Virus record (IMG/VR): IMGVR_UViG_3300008111_000023
Coordinates: 12,183-76,182 of that record
Strand: one strand, 5' to 3'
DNA length: 64,000 bases
DNA from: a virus
Lineage: Duplodnaviria > Caudoviricetes
Below the pieces are notes generated by a model, which saw nothing but the letters and a program-made list of their open reading frames with translations, searched no databases and had not been told where the DNA came from. Shown here piece after piece: positions 1 through 11,500 of this stretch. Both the position numbers and the translations under genes were made by a program. Position 1 is the stretch's first letter; each line of letters starts with the position of its first letter.

Positions 1-1
1 T

Positions 2-226
2 AGGGTGTTTTCTGGTGTACCGGTTATAGTAAAAAGTTTTACAGTAGATTTTAAAGATGATGTATCTTATATAAAATACACTAAAGGTGGCGCACCTACA
101 TGGGTGCCTGCAATGAGCACAATATCTGTGACAGTTTCTCCAATCTATAATCGAACACGATTGAGACAATTTAATCTTACACAATATGCCAACGGAAATA
201 TTGTAGCAGGTCAAGGATTCATCTAA
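2..226 (+). CDS. C-terminal part of a baseplate/tail-tube-initiator-like protein (5' partial)
   Basis: Frame is open from the window edge. VPVIVKSFTVDF...P..STISVTVSPIY resembles the tube-fold C-termini of T4 gp48/gp54-like proteins, and it lies directly before the gp53-like gene. Confidence 0.5.
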   Translation, partial: RVFSGVPVIVKSFTVDFKDDVSYIKYTKGGAPTWVPAMSTISVTVSPIYNRTRLRQFNLTQYANGNIVAGQGFI

Positions 227-227
227 T

Positions 228-527
228 ATGGCCAAATATCAAAAAGTATCTCCCTATTATAATACTCCACAGAACAATTTGTATCTAGACCTGTTGGCTA
301 TTCGACCCGTGCCTGCTGAAGCAGACGACTATCAATATACCATTGAAAATCAATACAAACATAGACCTGATTTATTAGCGTTTGATCTATACGGCAATGC
401 TCAACTTTGGTGGGTATTTGTACAACGTAATATGGAAACAATCAAAGATCCAATATATGATTTTGCTCCCGGAACAGTAATTTACTGTCCAAAGAAATCA
501 AATATAGAAAGATTTATTGGAATTTAA
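228..527 (+). CDS. Baseplate wedge protein, T4 gp53/LysM-like
   Basis: 99 aa with YKHRPDLLAFDLYGNAQLWWVF...N...DP motif typical of gp53/tail-X LysM-like proteins; baseplate context. Confidence 0.75.
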   Translation: MAKYQKVSPYYNTPQNNLYLDLLAIRPVPAEADDYQYTIENQYKHRPDLLAFDLYGNAQLWWVFVQRNMETIKDPIYDFAPGTVIYCPKKSNIERFIGI

Positions 528-528
528 T

Positions 529-3078
529 ATGCCTGATTTTAGGAATATAGGACAGGCAATCGGTCAAGCTACTAGTGCAATATCTCAAATTGCATCAACA
601 TCTAATCTAGCCATTGGCACTGTTAAGAATATCACTAAGTCTATCAGCGACTCGGCAGCTACATTTAATGTGTCTAAAATTGCTGACGTAGTTTCTAATC
701 CTGGATTAACTCCTTTATTAAAAGCATTTGGAGCAATTAAACCTCCAGCAGGCGGCCCGCCATATGATAATGTGCTAGAACAATTTGCATCGTATACTCC
801 TCTATGGACTTTGTGCTGCTTAACACCAAATCAATTTAATGATCCTAGAACCTACAGGGGTTCTCCTGCCGCACTACAGAATATTGTAATTTCGTCTGGT
901 GGACGACAGGATAAACAACGAGTAAACACAGCCTACGGAGCTCCGGAGTATTATATTGACAATGTCACAATGGCTACGTCTCTTGGCGGTACTGCTAATG
1001 CTGGAAATACCAACGTCACTGGATTTAAGTTTGAAGTATTCGAACCTTATTCACTAGGTTTATTCCTACAAAGTCTACAAGCGGCAGCTATAAATGCAGG
1101 ATACCCTACCTATCTAAATGATTGTCCATACCTTCTTAAACTTGAAATAAAGGGATCTAAAGATGACGGGTCTATGTATGCAGGAAAAGATGAATTAACA
1201 AAATATTTTACAATTAAGATTACTAAGATTGAATTTAAAGTTGACGAAGCAGGCAGCAGATACAACGTAGAAGCTTCTCCCATGCACCATACTGGATTTA
1301 GTGATCTTGTTAATGTGTTTCCTAATGACATGAATGCTACAGGCATGACAGTTAGCGAGGTGTTGATTTCTGGACCTCAGAGTATATGCAGTGAACTTAA
1401 TAAAATACAATTACAAAGAGTAGCAGATGGGCAGGCAATTTATCCAGACCTTTACGAGGTAGTATTTCCTTTTAACGAAAGTGATAAGGTTGGCTTAGAT
1501 GGCGGAACTTCTACCGAAGTGTTAAAAGCCATGGCCGACCCTAAGGCTCAAAAAACTCAAAAGATTGACACTGCTAGACGAGAATCACAAGCCGAATCGT
1601 TTGGATTTGGAGCCATAGGAAAAGCCAGTATGGGATTTTCAGAAACATCTGGCGGTAATTATAATTTTAAATTGGCAGGGGATGTAGTTGACGAGCAGGG
1701 AAATATAGTAAGAGACAACATGACTATTGATCCTAAACAGAGAGCTGTAAATTTTCCTCAAGGTACAAAAATTACAGAAGCCATTGTTCGAGTGCTACTT
1801 TCTTCGGAGTATTGTGTTAAAGCGGTTAAAGGAGAAAATATCAAAGACGGCGAAGTTGATTGGTTCAGAATTGATGTGCAAATTCAACTTTTAGATTTTG
1901 ATTCTAAGCGTAATGTAAGAGCAAAAAAATACATCTATAGAGTTGTACCCTTCAAAGTCAGTGCAGCAGTGTTTTCAAATTCAACTAGTGCTACTGCTGG
2001 TGAAGCAAAATTACAACAAATCATAGCTAAACGCTATGACTATTTGTATACAGGCCAGAACAACAATATTTTAAAATTTGATTTACAATTTAATGGACAG
2101 TTTTTCACAGCTATTTCTCCAACACCTTTACAAAATAATGATAAAATTGCCAACAAGGATCAACAGAATACCAATGATGAAAAAACTTCTAAGGCAGAAA
2201 TAAAAGAAGGCGATGCTCCTACTAGTGCGACTTCTGTAAATGGCTCAGCACCAGTGAAGCCGCATCCGTTGTTATCGTTTGCTTCAGCTACTGGAGAGAA
2301 GACAGTTGAGCAAATGGTAGCCGATAACTTTAACCAATCGTTTACTAGATCTATGGATATGATAGATGTAAAAATGGATATATTGGGTGATCTTTACTTT
2401 TTATCGGACAGCGGAATTAACTCGAATTATCTTGCAGAATATGGACCTAACAGTCAAATAAAAGCAGACGGTGCAATGAATTGGGAAGGCAGTGAAATTT
2501 TTATCTATATTACATGGCGTAATCCAGTTGAGCCCAACTTAGGAACTACCGGAAAAGGCGGCCTATACAATTTTCCCAACAGCGGCAAACCTACACCGTT
2601 TAGTGGTATCTATAAAGTGAAATCCGTAGAGAATAAATTCTCAGGAGGGGTATTTACACAAACATTAGACTTAGCCCGTCAACCTTTTCAGTCTATTGAT
2701 TATGAAGGTCAAGTTAAGATTGCTGGAGAAAACAGTGTTATGTACGATACAACAAAAGAAGAGAAACCTAAAACTAGTGTGTTTGATAATGCAGCTGATC
2801 AAGAAGATGCAGACCTAGGAGCAGCTATGAGAGCAAATGCCGCCGGCGGTAATTCAACAAGTGCAGCAACAGGTGTAGGCATTCCCGGAGAAGAAGCTGC
2901 CGCTGCCGGAACAGGAAGAACTATTAACATTGACCTTAGAGCCGAGCAACAAGAAGCTAGAGTATCAGCTTATCTACAGGCACGTGCCTCTGGTCAAAGC
3001 GAAGAACAAGCACAAAACATATCAGCAACTGTTGGTAATAATGTAGGTGCGGCAGCATTAGCCCGCATTAAAATATAA
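529..3078 (+). CDS. Baseplate hub protein (gp27/gpD-like), large
   Basis: About 850 aa. C-terminal DVKMDILGD...FSGIYKVKSVENKFSGGVFTQTLDLAR is the typical hub-protein end; precedes the spike gene. ATG at 529 preferred over TTG at 517. Confidence 0.65.
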   Translation: MPDFRNIGQAIGQATSAISQIASTSNLAIGTVKNITKSISDSAATFNVSKIADVVSNPGLTPLLKAFGAIKPPAGGPPYDNVLEQFASYTPLWTLCCLTPNQFNDPRTYRGSPAALQNIVISSGGRQDKQRVNTAYGAPEYYIDNVTMATSLGGTANAGNTNVTGFKFEVFEPYSLGLFLQSLQAAAINAGYPTYLNDCPYLLKLEIKGSKDDGSMYAGKDELTKYFTIKITKIEFKVDEAGSRYNVEASPMHHTGFSDLVNVFPNDMNATGMTVSEVLISGPQSICSELNKIQLQRVADGQAIYPDLYEVVFPFNESDKVGLDGGTSTEVLKAMADPKAQKTQKIDTARRESQAESFGFGAIGKASMGFSETSGGNYNFKLAGDVVDEQGNIVRDNMTIDPKQRAVNFPQGTKITEAIVRVLLSSEYCVKAVKGENIKDGEVDWFRIDVQIQLLDFDSKRNVRAKKYIYRVVPFKVSAAVFSNSTSATAGEAKLQQIIAKRYDYLYTGQNNNILKFDLQFNGQFFTAISPTPLQNNDKIANKDQQNTNDEKTSKAEIKEGDAPTSATSVNGSAPVKPHPLLSFASATGEKTVEQMVADNFNQSFTRSMDMIDVKMDILGDLYFLSDSGINSNYLAEYGPNSQIKADGAMNWEGSEIFIYITWRNPVEPNLGTTGKGGLYNFPNSGKPTPFSGIYKVKSVENKFSGGVFTQTLDLARQPFQSIDYEGQVKIAGENSVMYDTTKEEKPKTSVFDNAADQEDADLGAAMRANAAGGNSTSAATGVGIPGEEAAAAGTGRTINIDLRAEQQEARVSAYLQARASGQSEEQAQNISATVGNNVGAAALARIKI

Positions 3079-3116
3079 TGACAAACATAAAAACAAGTAG
3101 TTAACAAGGACATAAC

Positions 3117-4616
3117 ATGGCACAAGAAAAACGTTCACCAGAAAGGCCAGGAGGCAAAAAATTACCTGTTGGCATTTTGTTGGCTAAAGTTGTAAGCTAC
3201 TTAGATCCATCGTTCATGTGCGGATTAGAAGTTACCTTGCTTAGAGAAAACGGAAATGACATTGGAGACACTGGACAATCATATCCGGTAAAGTACGCTA
3301 GCCCTTTTTATGGTATTACTGCCTATGAAAACATGGGTCTTAATTTAACTGATTTTCACGATACTCAACAGGCCTATGGCATGTGGTTTCCTACAGTGGA
3401 AATAGGAACTACAGTTTTAGTGGCTTTTATCAATGGTGAAGTATCAGAAGGATACTTTATAGGATGTATTCCTAGTAGATTTATGAATCAAATGATGCCG
3501 GCAATTAGCGGAGCATCTGAGTTTGCAGCAACGCCTGAACAAAAAAAGAAATACGATACAACACAACCGTTACCTGTAGCGGAAATGAACAGGAAAGCAA
3601 ACACGCTTGAAAAAGGCACCAATACTGAAAAAATTAAAAAAGCCATACATCCTATTGCTGATAGATTTCTTAAACAGGGCCTCTTAGAAGATGATGTCCG
3701 CGGAGTTACTACTTCTAGTAGTAGACGTATGATTCCTAATTCAGTGTTTGGTATCAGCACCCCCGGACCGTTTGACCGCAGCACAAATGCTAAGAAACAA
3801 TTTATTGGTAGCTCTCAAAGCAAAAGTCCTGTGCAATTACCTGCAAGTAGACTAGGTGGGACTACCCTAGTAATGGATGACGGCGACGATCGATATATTA
3901 GAAAAACGCCTGCAGGCGAAGGCCCTGTGTCATATGCTGATGTTAGCAAGAAAGAAAAAGGCAACGTCGATATTCCTTACAACGAATATGTTAGAATACG
4001 AACACGTACTGGACATCAACTGTTGATGCACAATAGTGAAGATTTGATCTACATTGGAAATTCTAAAGGTACTACATGGATAGAATTAACCAGCAACGGT
4101 AAAATTGACATCTATGCCGAAGACAGCATCTCCATCCATACTGAAAACGATTTAAATTTTAGAGCCGACAGAGACATTAATTTTGAAGCAGGTAGAAATG
4201 TTAACATAAAAGCTGCCGGTGGAAAAATGCAATTAGAATCAGTTGGAAGCGTGAATATAATTGCTGCCGCTGACGGTAAAATTACTGTAGGAGCTGGATT
4301 TGATCTAGTGTCCGGATCGGGTACCAAGTTATCTTCAGGCGGAGCAACTAACATTAAATCATCAGGTACCAATATTGACGGCGGTAATATTAATTTAAAT
4401 TCCGGACTAGCAGTAGCAGCAGCACCTGCCTCGCCACTGAAAACACACGTTAATCCTAAAACTAGTTCTAGCGGACAGTGGGGCAATAAAAAACGATATC
4501 AAACAGGAACTGCAACAAGTATAATGAAACGGATACCAATGCACGAACCGTGGACATTGCATGAAAACCAAGCTCCAAAACAATTAACGCCAACCAACAC
4601 TGATAGGGAAACATAA
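3117..4616 (+). CDS. Baseplate central spike, gp5/VgrG-like (no lysozyme domain evident)
   Basis: N-terminal OB-fold motif YGMWFPTVEIGTTVLVAFING..GYFIGC, RIRTRTGHQLLMHNSE, then beta-helix-type repeats; RBS AAGGA upstream. Confidence 0.8.
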   Translation: MAQEKRSPERPGGKKLPVGILLAKVVSYLDPSFMCGLEVTLLRENGNDIGDTGQSYPVKYASPFYGITAYENMGLNLTDFHDTQQAYGMWFPTVEIGTTVLVAFINGEVSEGYFIGCIPSRFMNQMMPAISGASEFAATPEQKKKYDTTQPLPVAEMNRKANTLEKGTNTEKIKKAIHPIADRFLKQGLLEDDVRGVTTSSSRRMIPNSVFGISTPGPFDRSTNAKKQFIGSSQSKSPVQLPASRLGGTTLVMDDGDDRYIRKTPAGEGPVSYADVSKKEKGNVDIPYNEYVRIRTRTGHQLLMHNSEDLIYIGNSKGTTWIELTSNGKIDIYAEDSISIHTENDLNFRADRDINFEAGRNVNIKAAGGKMQLESVGSVNIIAAADGKITVGAGFDLVSGSGTKLSSGGATNIKSSGTNIDGGNINLNSGLAVAAAPASPLKTHVNPKTSSSGQWGNKKRYQTGTATSIMKRIPMHEPWTLHENQAPKQLTPTNTDRET

Positions 4617-4618
4617 AA

Positions 4619-5056
4619 ATGGCAAAAATATATAATAAAAAATCAGTAGCGTCGATGACTGCTAGTGCTGGAAACGCCAATACTTCTGCATTTACCTATA
4701 AAGGATTTAGTTCTCAAGAATCAAAATCATCTTTTAAACTCAACGATATTGCTTTAGTAAAACAGGACATTATCAATCATTTTTATATTCGTAAAGGTGA
4801 GAAATTAATGAATCCAGACTTTGGAACAGTTATTTGGGATTTGTTATTTGAACAATTCACAGAAGAAGTAAAAAAATTAATTACAGAAGATGTTGAACAA
4901 ATTATTAACTACGATCCTAGGATTGCTATCAACGGAGTGTTAATTGACAGCACTGATATGGGAATTAGAATAGAAGCAGATATAACATATATTCCTTTTA
5001 ACATCAACGAACGCATGTCCTTTAACTTCGATAGAGAAAATAAACTTATAAACTGA
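4619..5056 (+). CDS. Baseplate wedge protein gp25-like
   Basis: DIALVKQDIINHFYIRKGEKLMNPDFGT.IWDLLFE...YDPR is the gp25/GPW signature. Confidence 0.9.
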   Translation: MAKIYNKKSVASMTASAGNANTSAFTYKGFSSQESKSSFKLNDIALVKQDIINHFYIRKGEKLMNPDFGTVIWDLLFEQFTEEVKKLITEDVEQIINYDPRIAINGVLIDSTDMGIRIEADITYIPFNINERMSFNFDRENKLIN

Positions 5057-5073
5057 CCACTTTATTTTTTAGT

Positions 5074-5079
5074 TAAATA
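5074..5079 (+). promoter_or_regulatory. Putative late promoter (TAAATA)
   Basis: T4-late-like core in the short intergenic gap before the gp6-like gene; the same motif recurs before other structural genes. Confidence 0.5.
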
Positions 5080-5098
5080 CACGATAGGATAGAAAAAT

Positions 5099-8000
5099 AT
5101 GACCACAACCTCTAGACAAAATAACTTAATCTTAAATGAAGATTGGACTAGAATCTATCAGACTTTCAAAAGTGCTGACTTCAAAAGCTACGACTTTGAA
5201 AATCTTCGTAGAGTTATTATTGCCTATTTCCGTGAAAACTATCCTGAAGATTTTAACGACTACATTGAAAGTTCTGAATATCTAGCACTAATTGATGCAA
5301 TTGCATTTTTAGGACAAAGTCTTGCTTTTCGTATAGACCTAGCCAGTAGAGAAAACTTTATTGAATTAGCCGAACGCAAAGAAAGTGTTCTACGTCTTGC
5401 AAAAATGCTTAGTTATAATGCCAAAAGAAATATCGCATCTAAAGGGTTATTGAAGTTTGATACTGTAAGCACTACCGAATCGGTTCTAGACAACAACGGA
5501 AAAAATCTTGCTCAACAGACTATTGTGTGGAATGACCCTACTAATTCTAACTGGGCTGAACAATTTATCACTGTATTAAATGCATCAATGGCTGATAATA
5601 CAGTGTTTGGTCGTAGTCAAGGCACATCTGTAATTGACGACATTGCTACAGACCAATATAGATTTAGAACAGCATCAACCGATGTGCCAATCTTTACATT
5701 TACAAAGATCGTTGCTGGAAGAAGTATGACGTTTGAATTAGTTAGTACAGGGTTCAAAGGCAAAGAAGAATTGTATGAAGAACCACCAGTACCTGGTAAT
5801 CAACTAGGATTTGTATATAGGAATGATGGAAAAGGCGGCACTAGTTCAAACACTGGATTTTTCTTAATGTTTAAACAAGGCAGTTTAGAACTTGCAGATT
5901 TTTCAATAGATGTACCTACAACTAACGAATTAATAGCCATCGATAGTAACAATATCAATAATGACGATATTTGGCTGTACTCATTAAACTCATTAGGCGC
6001 ACAGTTAAATGAATGGACTAAGGTATCGTCTTTGATAGGAAACAATATTTCTTATAACAGTATTGAATCCAACATTAGAAATATATATTCGGTAATCACT
6101 AAAGAAAATGACAGAGTTGACCTAGCATTCTCCGATGGTGTTTACGGAAATTTGCCCTCTGGTGCATTTAGAGTCTATTACAGGATTAGCAATGGCCTAG
6201 TTTATCAAATTGCGCCTAGCGAAATGCGAGGAATTAGTATAGCTGTTCCTTATATTAATAAGTCTGGAGTAAGACATACACTAACAATAACTTTGAGTTT
6301 AAAATATACAGTGAGTTCGTCGTCGGCCTCAGAGTCAGTAGCATCAATTAGACAAAACGCACCAGCACAATATTACACACAAAATAGAATGATTACCGGT
6401 GAAGATTATAATCTTGCACCACTTTCTTCCTCACAAAATATATTAAAAGTAAAAGCTATCAATCGAGTTTCAAGCGGAATAAGCAGAAACTTTGATCTAA
6501 TTGATGCCAGCGGAAAATATTCAAATGTTAATGTTTTTGCTTCAGACGGCCTTATCTACAAAGATGAAATAGAAAGATCACTGGCCTTTAAGTATTCTAA
6601 TAGAATTGATATTATTAATTTTATTAAAAATAGCATTGAACCAATTTTTACCGCAACAGATATCTATAATTTTTATCTAACTAAGTTTGATAAAATTTTG
6701 TTTACAGATATTAATTACAGATGGACTCAACTAACTACCGACGTTAATAGTTCTACAGGTTATTTTTACAATAGTATAGATTCTACAATTTTAAAAGTGG
6801 GAACATATACCACAAGTACATTAAAATATGCAAATTCTGAAGCATTGATTAAATTCACAGCCCCAGAAGGTAAATCTTTTAAAAGAGGCAAACTAGTAGA
6901 TACCAACGCCTCTGATCCAGAACAAACTAATTTATTATGGACTAAGATTATTAAAGTAGTTGGAGATGGTACTAATGCCGGTAGAGGTGTATTGAGTACA
7001 GGATTAGGTCCAGTTCAGTTCAGTGATGTGATTCCTACAGGTGCAATTGCAACTAGAATTATTCCAAAATTTGTTTCAAATTTAACTGCGGGATTAGAAT
7101 TAGAAATGACAAATTTGTTATTTTCAAATTTAAATTTTGGATTAAGGTATTCTATAATTGAATCGTCATGGAAGTTAATTACCTCTGCCAATTTAAATTT
7201 ATTAGATAATTTTAATCTTGGTAAATCGGGAGACACGTCTAACAGCAGTTTAGATTCGTCTTGGATTATTGCATTCATTAAAGAAGCAGACGAATATTTT
7301 GTAAGAATTCGTGGACTTGATTATATATTTGGAAGCCTTGAAGAAAACAGATTTTATTTTGATTCAGCGCAAAAAACTTATGACAGTAAAACAGGCAACG
7401 TAATAAAAGATCAAGTTAATGTGTTAAGTATAAATCCTGATAGTAATTTATTAGGTCCGTTAAAACAAGACATTATCTTTGAAATTAGTGATACGATAAA
7501 ATACGATGACGGATACCAAAGTACCAACGAACTAAAAATAGCGTTTTCTGATACCGATGACGACGGAGTAATTGATAATCCTGAAGCATTTGAACAGATT
7601 GTGGGAACTGATCTAGCTCTCAATTATTTGTTTTTTAAACAATCTACAGATATTGCAGGAAATACAATAAAAGAATATGTAGATAACAGTGATAATCATA
7701 TTACTATTGTTCAGAAAGAAAGTCTAGTAAACGTTAACAATTATAATAACGGAGATTTAATATATTTTTATAACAGCGATGAAAATGTTATAAAGCGAGT
7801 AGATAGAACAACAAATACATTGATATTAGAAAGTACCTATCAAGCAAATATTGGTCGTGCCGGATTGAAATTTCAGTACGTACACAATGCCAACGTTGAT
7901 CGAAGAATTGATCCAAGTTCTAGTAATATTATAGATGTATACCTATTAACAAGAAGTTATAATACCGCTTTTAGAAATTATCTAGCAGGAGTTGGAACTG

Positions 8001-8500
8001 AACCCGAAGCACCAAATAGTGATAGTCTGAGAATAAGTTTTGGTTCTAATTTAGATTTGATAAAATCTATTAGTGACGAAATTATATATCATCCTGTAAC
8101 TTATAAAGTTCTTTTTGGGCCTACGGCAGACGTAAAGTTGCAGGCAAAATTTAAAGTGGTAAAAAATACCAACAGATTAATCAATGATAACGATTTAAAA
8201 GTTAGGATTATTAATTCAATAAATGAATTTTTTGATATTAATAATTGGGATTTTGGAGATAAATTTTATGTTAGCGAACTGATAACTTATATTGTTAATA
8301 CTGTTTCTCCTAATATTAGTAATATTGCTATTCTTCCAAGACAGCTAACACAATCGTTTGGTAGTTTATTTGAGATACAAAGCAGAGTAGATGAAATTTT
8401 TGTCAGCGGAGCAACAGTGGACGATATAGAAATCGTTTCCTCTCTTTCAGCATCCGAACTTAGAATTTCTTCTGATGAAATCATATCGAGTACAAATTAA
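5099..8500 (+). CDS. Baseplate wedge protein gp6-like
   Basis: DFENLRR..I.YFRENYPEDFNDYIESSE...ENFIELAERKESVLRLAKMLSYN, FSDGVYGNLPSG, ESVASIRQNAPAQYYTQNRMITGEDY are gp6/baseplate-J motifs. Confidence 0.9.
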   Translation: MTTTSRQNNLILNEDWTRIYQTFKSADFKSYDFENLRRVIIAYFRENYPEDFNDYIESSEYLALIDAIAFLGQSLAFRIDLASRENFIELAERKESVLRLAKMLSYNAKRNIASKGLLKFDTVSTTESVLDNNGKNLAQQTIVWNDPTNSNWAEQFITVLNASMADNTVFGRSQGTSVIDDIATDQYRFRTASTDVPIFTFTKIVAGRSMTFELVSTGFKGKEELYEEPPVPGNQLGFVYRNDGKGGTSSNTGFFLMFKQGSLELADFSIDVPTTNELIAIDSNNINNDDIWLYSLNSLGAQLNEWTKVSSLIGNNISYNSIESNIRNIYSVITKENDRVDLAFSDGVYGNLPSGAFRVYYRISNGLVYQIAPSEMRGISIAVPYINKSGVRHTLTITLSLKYTVSSSSASESVASIRQNAPAQYYTQNRMITGEDYNLAPLSSSQNILKVKAINRVSSGISRNFDLIDASGKYSNVNVFASDGLIYKDEIERSLAFKYSNRIDIINFIKNSIEPIFTATDIYNFYLTKFDKILFTDINYRWTQLTTDVNSSTGYFYNSIDSTILKVGTYTTSTLKYANSEALIKFTAPEGKSFKRGKLVDTNASDPEQTNLLWTKIIKVVGDGTNAGRGVLSTGLGPVQFSDVIPTGAIATRIIPKFVSNLTAGLELEMTNLLFSNLNFGLRYSIIESSWKLITSANLNLLDNFNLGKSGDTSNSSLDSSWIIAFIKEADEYFVRIRGLDYIFGSLEENRFYFDSAQKTYDSKTGNVIKDQVNVLSINPDSNLLGPLKQDIIFEISDTIKYDDGYQSTNELKIAFSDTDDDGVIDNPEAFEQIVGTDLALNYLFFKQSTDIAGNTIKEYVDNSDNHITIVQKESLVNVNNYNNGDLIYFYNSDENVIKRVDRTTNTLILESTYQANIGRAGLKFQYVHNANVDRRIDPSSSNIIDVYLLTRSYNTAFRNYLAGVGTEPEAPNSDSLRISFGSNLDLIKSISDEIIYHPVTYKVLFGPTADVKLQAKFKVVKNTNRLINDNDLKVRIINSINEFFDINNWDFGDKFYVSELITYIVNTVSPNISNIAILPRQLTQSFGSLFEIQSRVDEIFVSGATVDDIEIVSSLSASELRISSDEIISSTN

Positions 8501-8502
8501 AA

Positions 8503-11500
8503 ATGGCAGATAAATTTTTTCCAGATAGTCAACTTCCTATAAGAAAGACATTAGATCTCTTGCCTCAGATTTTTCAAACTGAAGCAAACTCAAAGTTTCT
8601 TGCAGGAGCTCTAGACCCGTTGGTTCAACCGGGTGTCTTAGAAAAGAAAGTAGGATACATTGGCAAAAGATACGGAAAAACGTACAAACCTAATGAGATC
8701 TATCTAGACACAGATCAAACTTTGCGCAGTCGGTATCAATTAGAGCCCGGCGTTGTTGTAGAAACAGATGGCAAAATTAAAAATTTCTATGATTATCTAG
8801 ACTTTAAAAATCAATTAAAGTTTTTTAATAATAGTGAAGAGCGAGATGATCTAATTACAGCTCAGGAACATTATACTTGGTCACCGCCTATAGATTGGGA
8901 TAAGTTTGTAAACTATAGAGAATACTATTGGGCACCAGACGGACCGCCCCCTATCAAGATTCTAGGCCAAGCTCAAAATATTACTAGCACCTATCGAGTA
9001 GGTCTCGGTGTGGGCAGCGTTTATATCTTCACTCCTGACGGACTAACAAATAATCCAACCTTAACATTATATCGAGGACAAACATATAAGTTTCAGGTTA
9101 ATGTTCCGGGAAATCCTTTATTATTTAGAACTACAATTGATACAGGCACATTACTTTACAATCCTGATTTTCAATATTCTAAAGGACAATTAGTTGTCTT
9201 TGATAGCAAATTATGGAAAGCAAAAAATAATATAACCGGCAACGACGGTAGTACCATTGATGAAAATACCGACGACTGGGAATTTGTTGATTTTACCGCT
9301 GTATCATCATCCGCATTAAATTATACAAAGGGTATAACAAATTCAGGAATTGAAAACGGAACCATCACTTTTGAAGTTCCGTTAAATGCTCCGGATGTAT
9401 TATACTATCAAAGTTTTACAGATCCTAATAGATTTGGTAGAATTATTATTACTAATATAGAAGAAAACACTAAAATTGATGTAGAAAATGAAATTTTAGG
9501 TAAAGCAACCTATACCAGTAGCAACAACGTAGCTTTTAGTAATGGCATGATTGTTTATTTTATTGGAAAAGTTTTTCCAGAAAAATATAGTAGTAATACG
9601 TCTAACAACAAATGGGTAGTTGAGGGTGTAGGAGAAAAAATATCTTTAACTAATGTTGCCGACCTAATTGTGTCTACTACCTTCTCAGACACTGCCCCTG
9701 AGATATTATTTGATAATGGCGGTTTTGATACACAGCCATTTGACGATGCTAGCGCATATCCTGGAAAGAAAGATTACATTACTATTAATCGTTCTAGCCT
9801 AGATTCAAACCCTTGGAGCCGATACAATCGTTGGTATCATCGAGCAGTTTTAGATTATGCCCATACTCTAAATAATTCTAATTTTGATGCTCCGGAAACA
9901 ACTCGAGCAAAACGTCCAATTATTGAATTCAAACCTAATTTGCAGTTGTTTAATCATGGCTCAATTGCCAAAGCTGCTGTTGACTATGTTGATGATTTTA
10001 CAACTGATGTATTTTCAGTTATTGAAGGCAGTACAGGTTATATTGTTGACGGTGAATATCTATTCAATGGTGCAAGACTGTTAATAACCAACGATACCGA
10101 CACGCTAGCTAACAATCAAATTTACATTGTAAATTTTATTACTCACAATAATGTTAAACAAATTAGCCTAACTCGCGAATCTAATGTTGATACTCAGGCC
10201 GGAGACGGAGTATTAATACGTCGAGGTATAAAGAATAAAGGAGTAATGTATCATTTTAACGGAATTGATTGGGTTCAGAGTCAATTAAAAACTGCAACAA
10301 ATCAAGAACCGCTATTTGATATGTTTGATGATAACGAAGTTAGTTTTGGAGATGCTGAAACGTATCCGGTTAGCTCGTTCGTAGGAACTCCTATTCTAAG
10401 TTATAAAATTGGTTCAGGACCAACGGATATTGAATTAGGATTTAGCATTAGCTATCTCAATATAGATAATGTGGGTGATATACAATTTAATTTTAATATT
10501 GATGCAGATTCATTTAACTATAAACTTGACAACATTAATTACTCTAAAGAAATTTCAACAGGATATTTGAAATTTAATAATGATGAAAGTTTTATTAATG
10601 CATGGAACACACTAGATTCTAATTATGTCCAACCAATAATTGACAGCGTAGATATTACAGAATCTACAAACGAAATTACCACAACTATGGTTGATTGGAA
10701 TTTGTTGGACGATAAGGACATCCGTAAAATACTAGTTTATCTTAACGGAGTACATGTTCGATCGGGTTTTACTAGAACCGCAGGTACATTTGTATTTGAC
10801 AAACAATTTACAGTAGGTGATACGGTAGCAATTAAACTGTTTGCTGACATTGATCCCAACACAGGCTATTACGAAATTCCTTTGGGATTAGAAAAAAATC
10901 CCCTAAACGAAAAAATAAAAACATTTACTTTAGGACAGGCATCTGATCATTTAGCCACAGGATTAGAACTATTAGAAGACTTTACCGGAATATTTCCAGG
11001 ATTGAATAATCTAAGAGATATTAGCGGTTATCAAACGTTAACAAGAAGATTTTTAAAACACTCAAGTCCATCTCCATTATCTATTGCACTATTATGTAAT
11101 AAAGAAAATAATATTATAAAATCTATTCAGTATGCAAAAAAATCATACACTGATTTTAAAAATAATTTTATTACTCTAGCATATGAAATATATTACGATC
11201 AAACTGCAAATGATTTTGTAGACTCTATTCTAGAAGAGATTAGTAGAACTCAAGATATCAACAGACCCTTTGCTGGATCTGACATGATAGGTAGTGGTGC
11301 CCATACTACTATAAATTATACTGTTGAAGATACAGGAATTAAAACATTTGCTCTTTCAGAAAAATTTGATCTAAAAAGCCTAAGCTCACGGGCAGTTTAC
11401 GTTTACTTTAATAATCAGCAATTATTAGTAAATCGAGATTATGAATTTAATTCTACATTTGGATTTGTTAATTTAATGATTAATTTAACAGAAGGAGACG

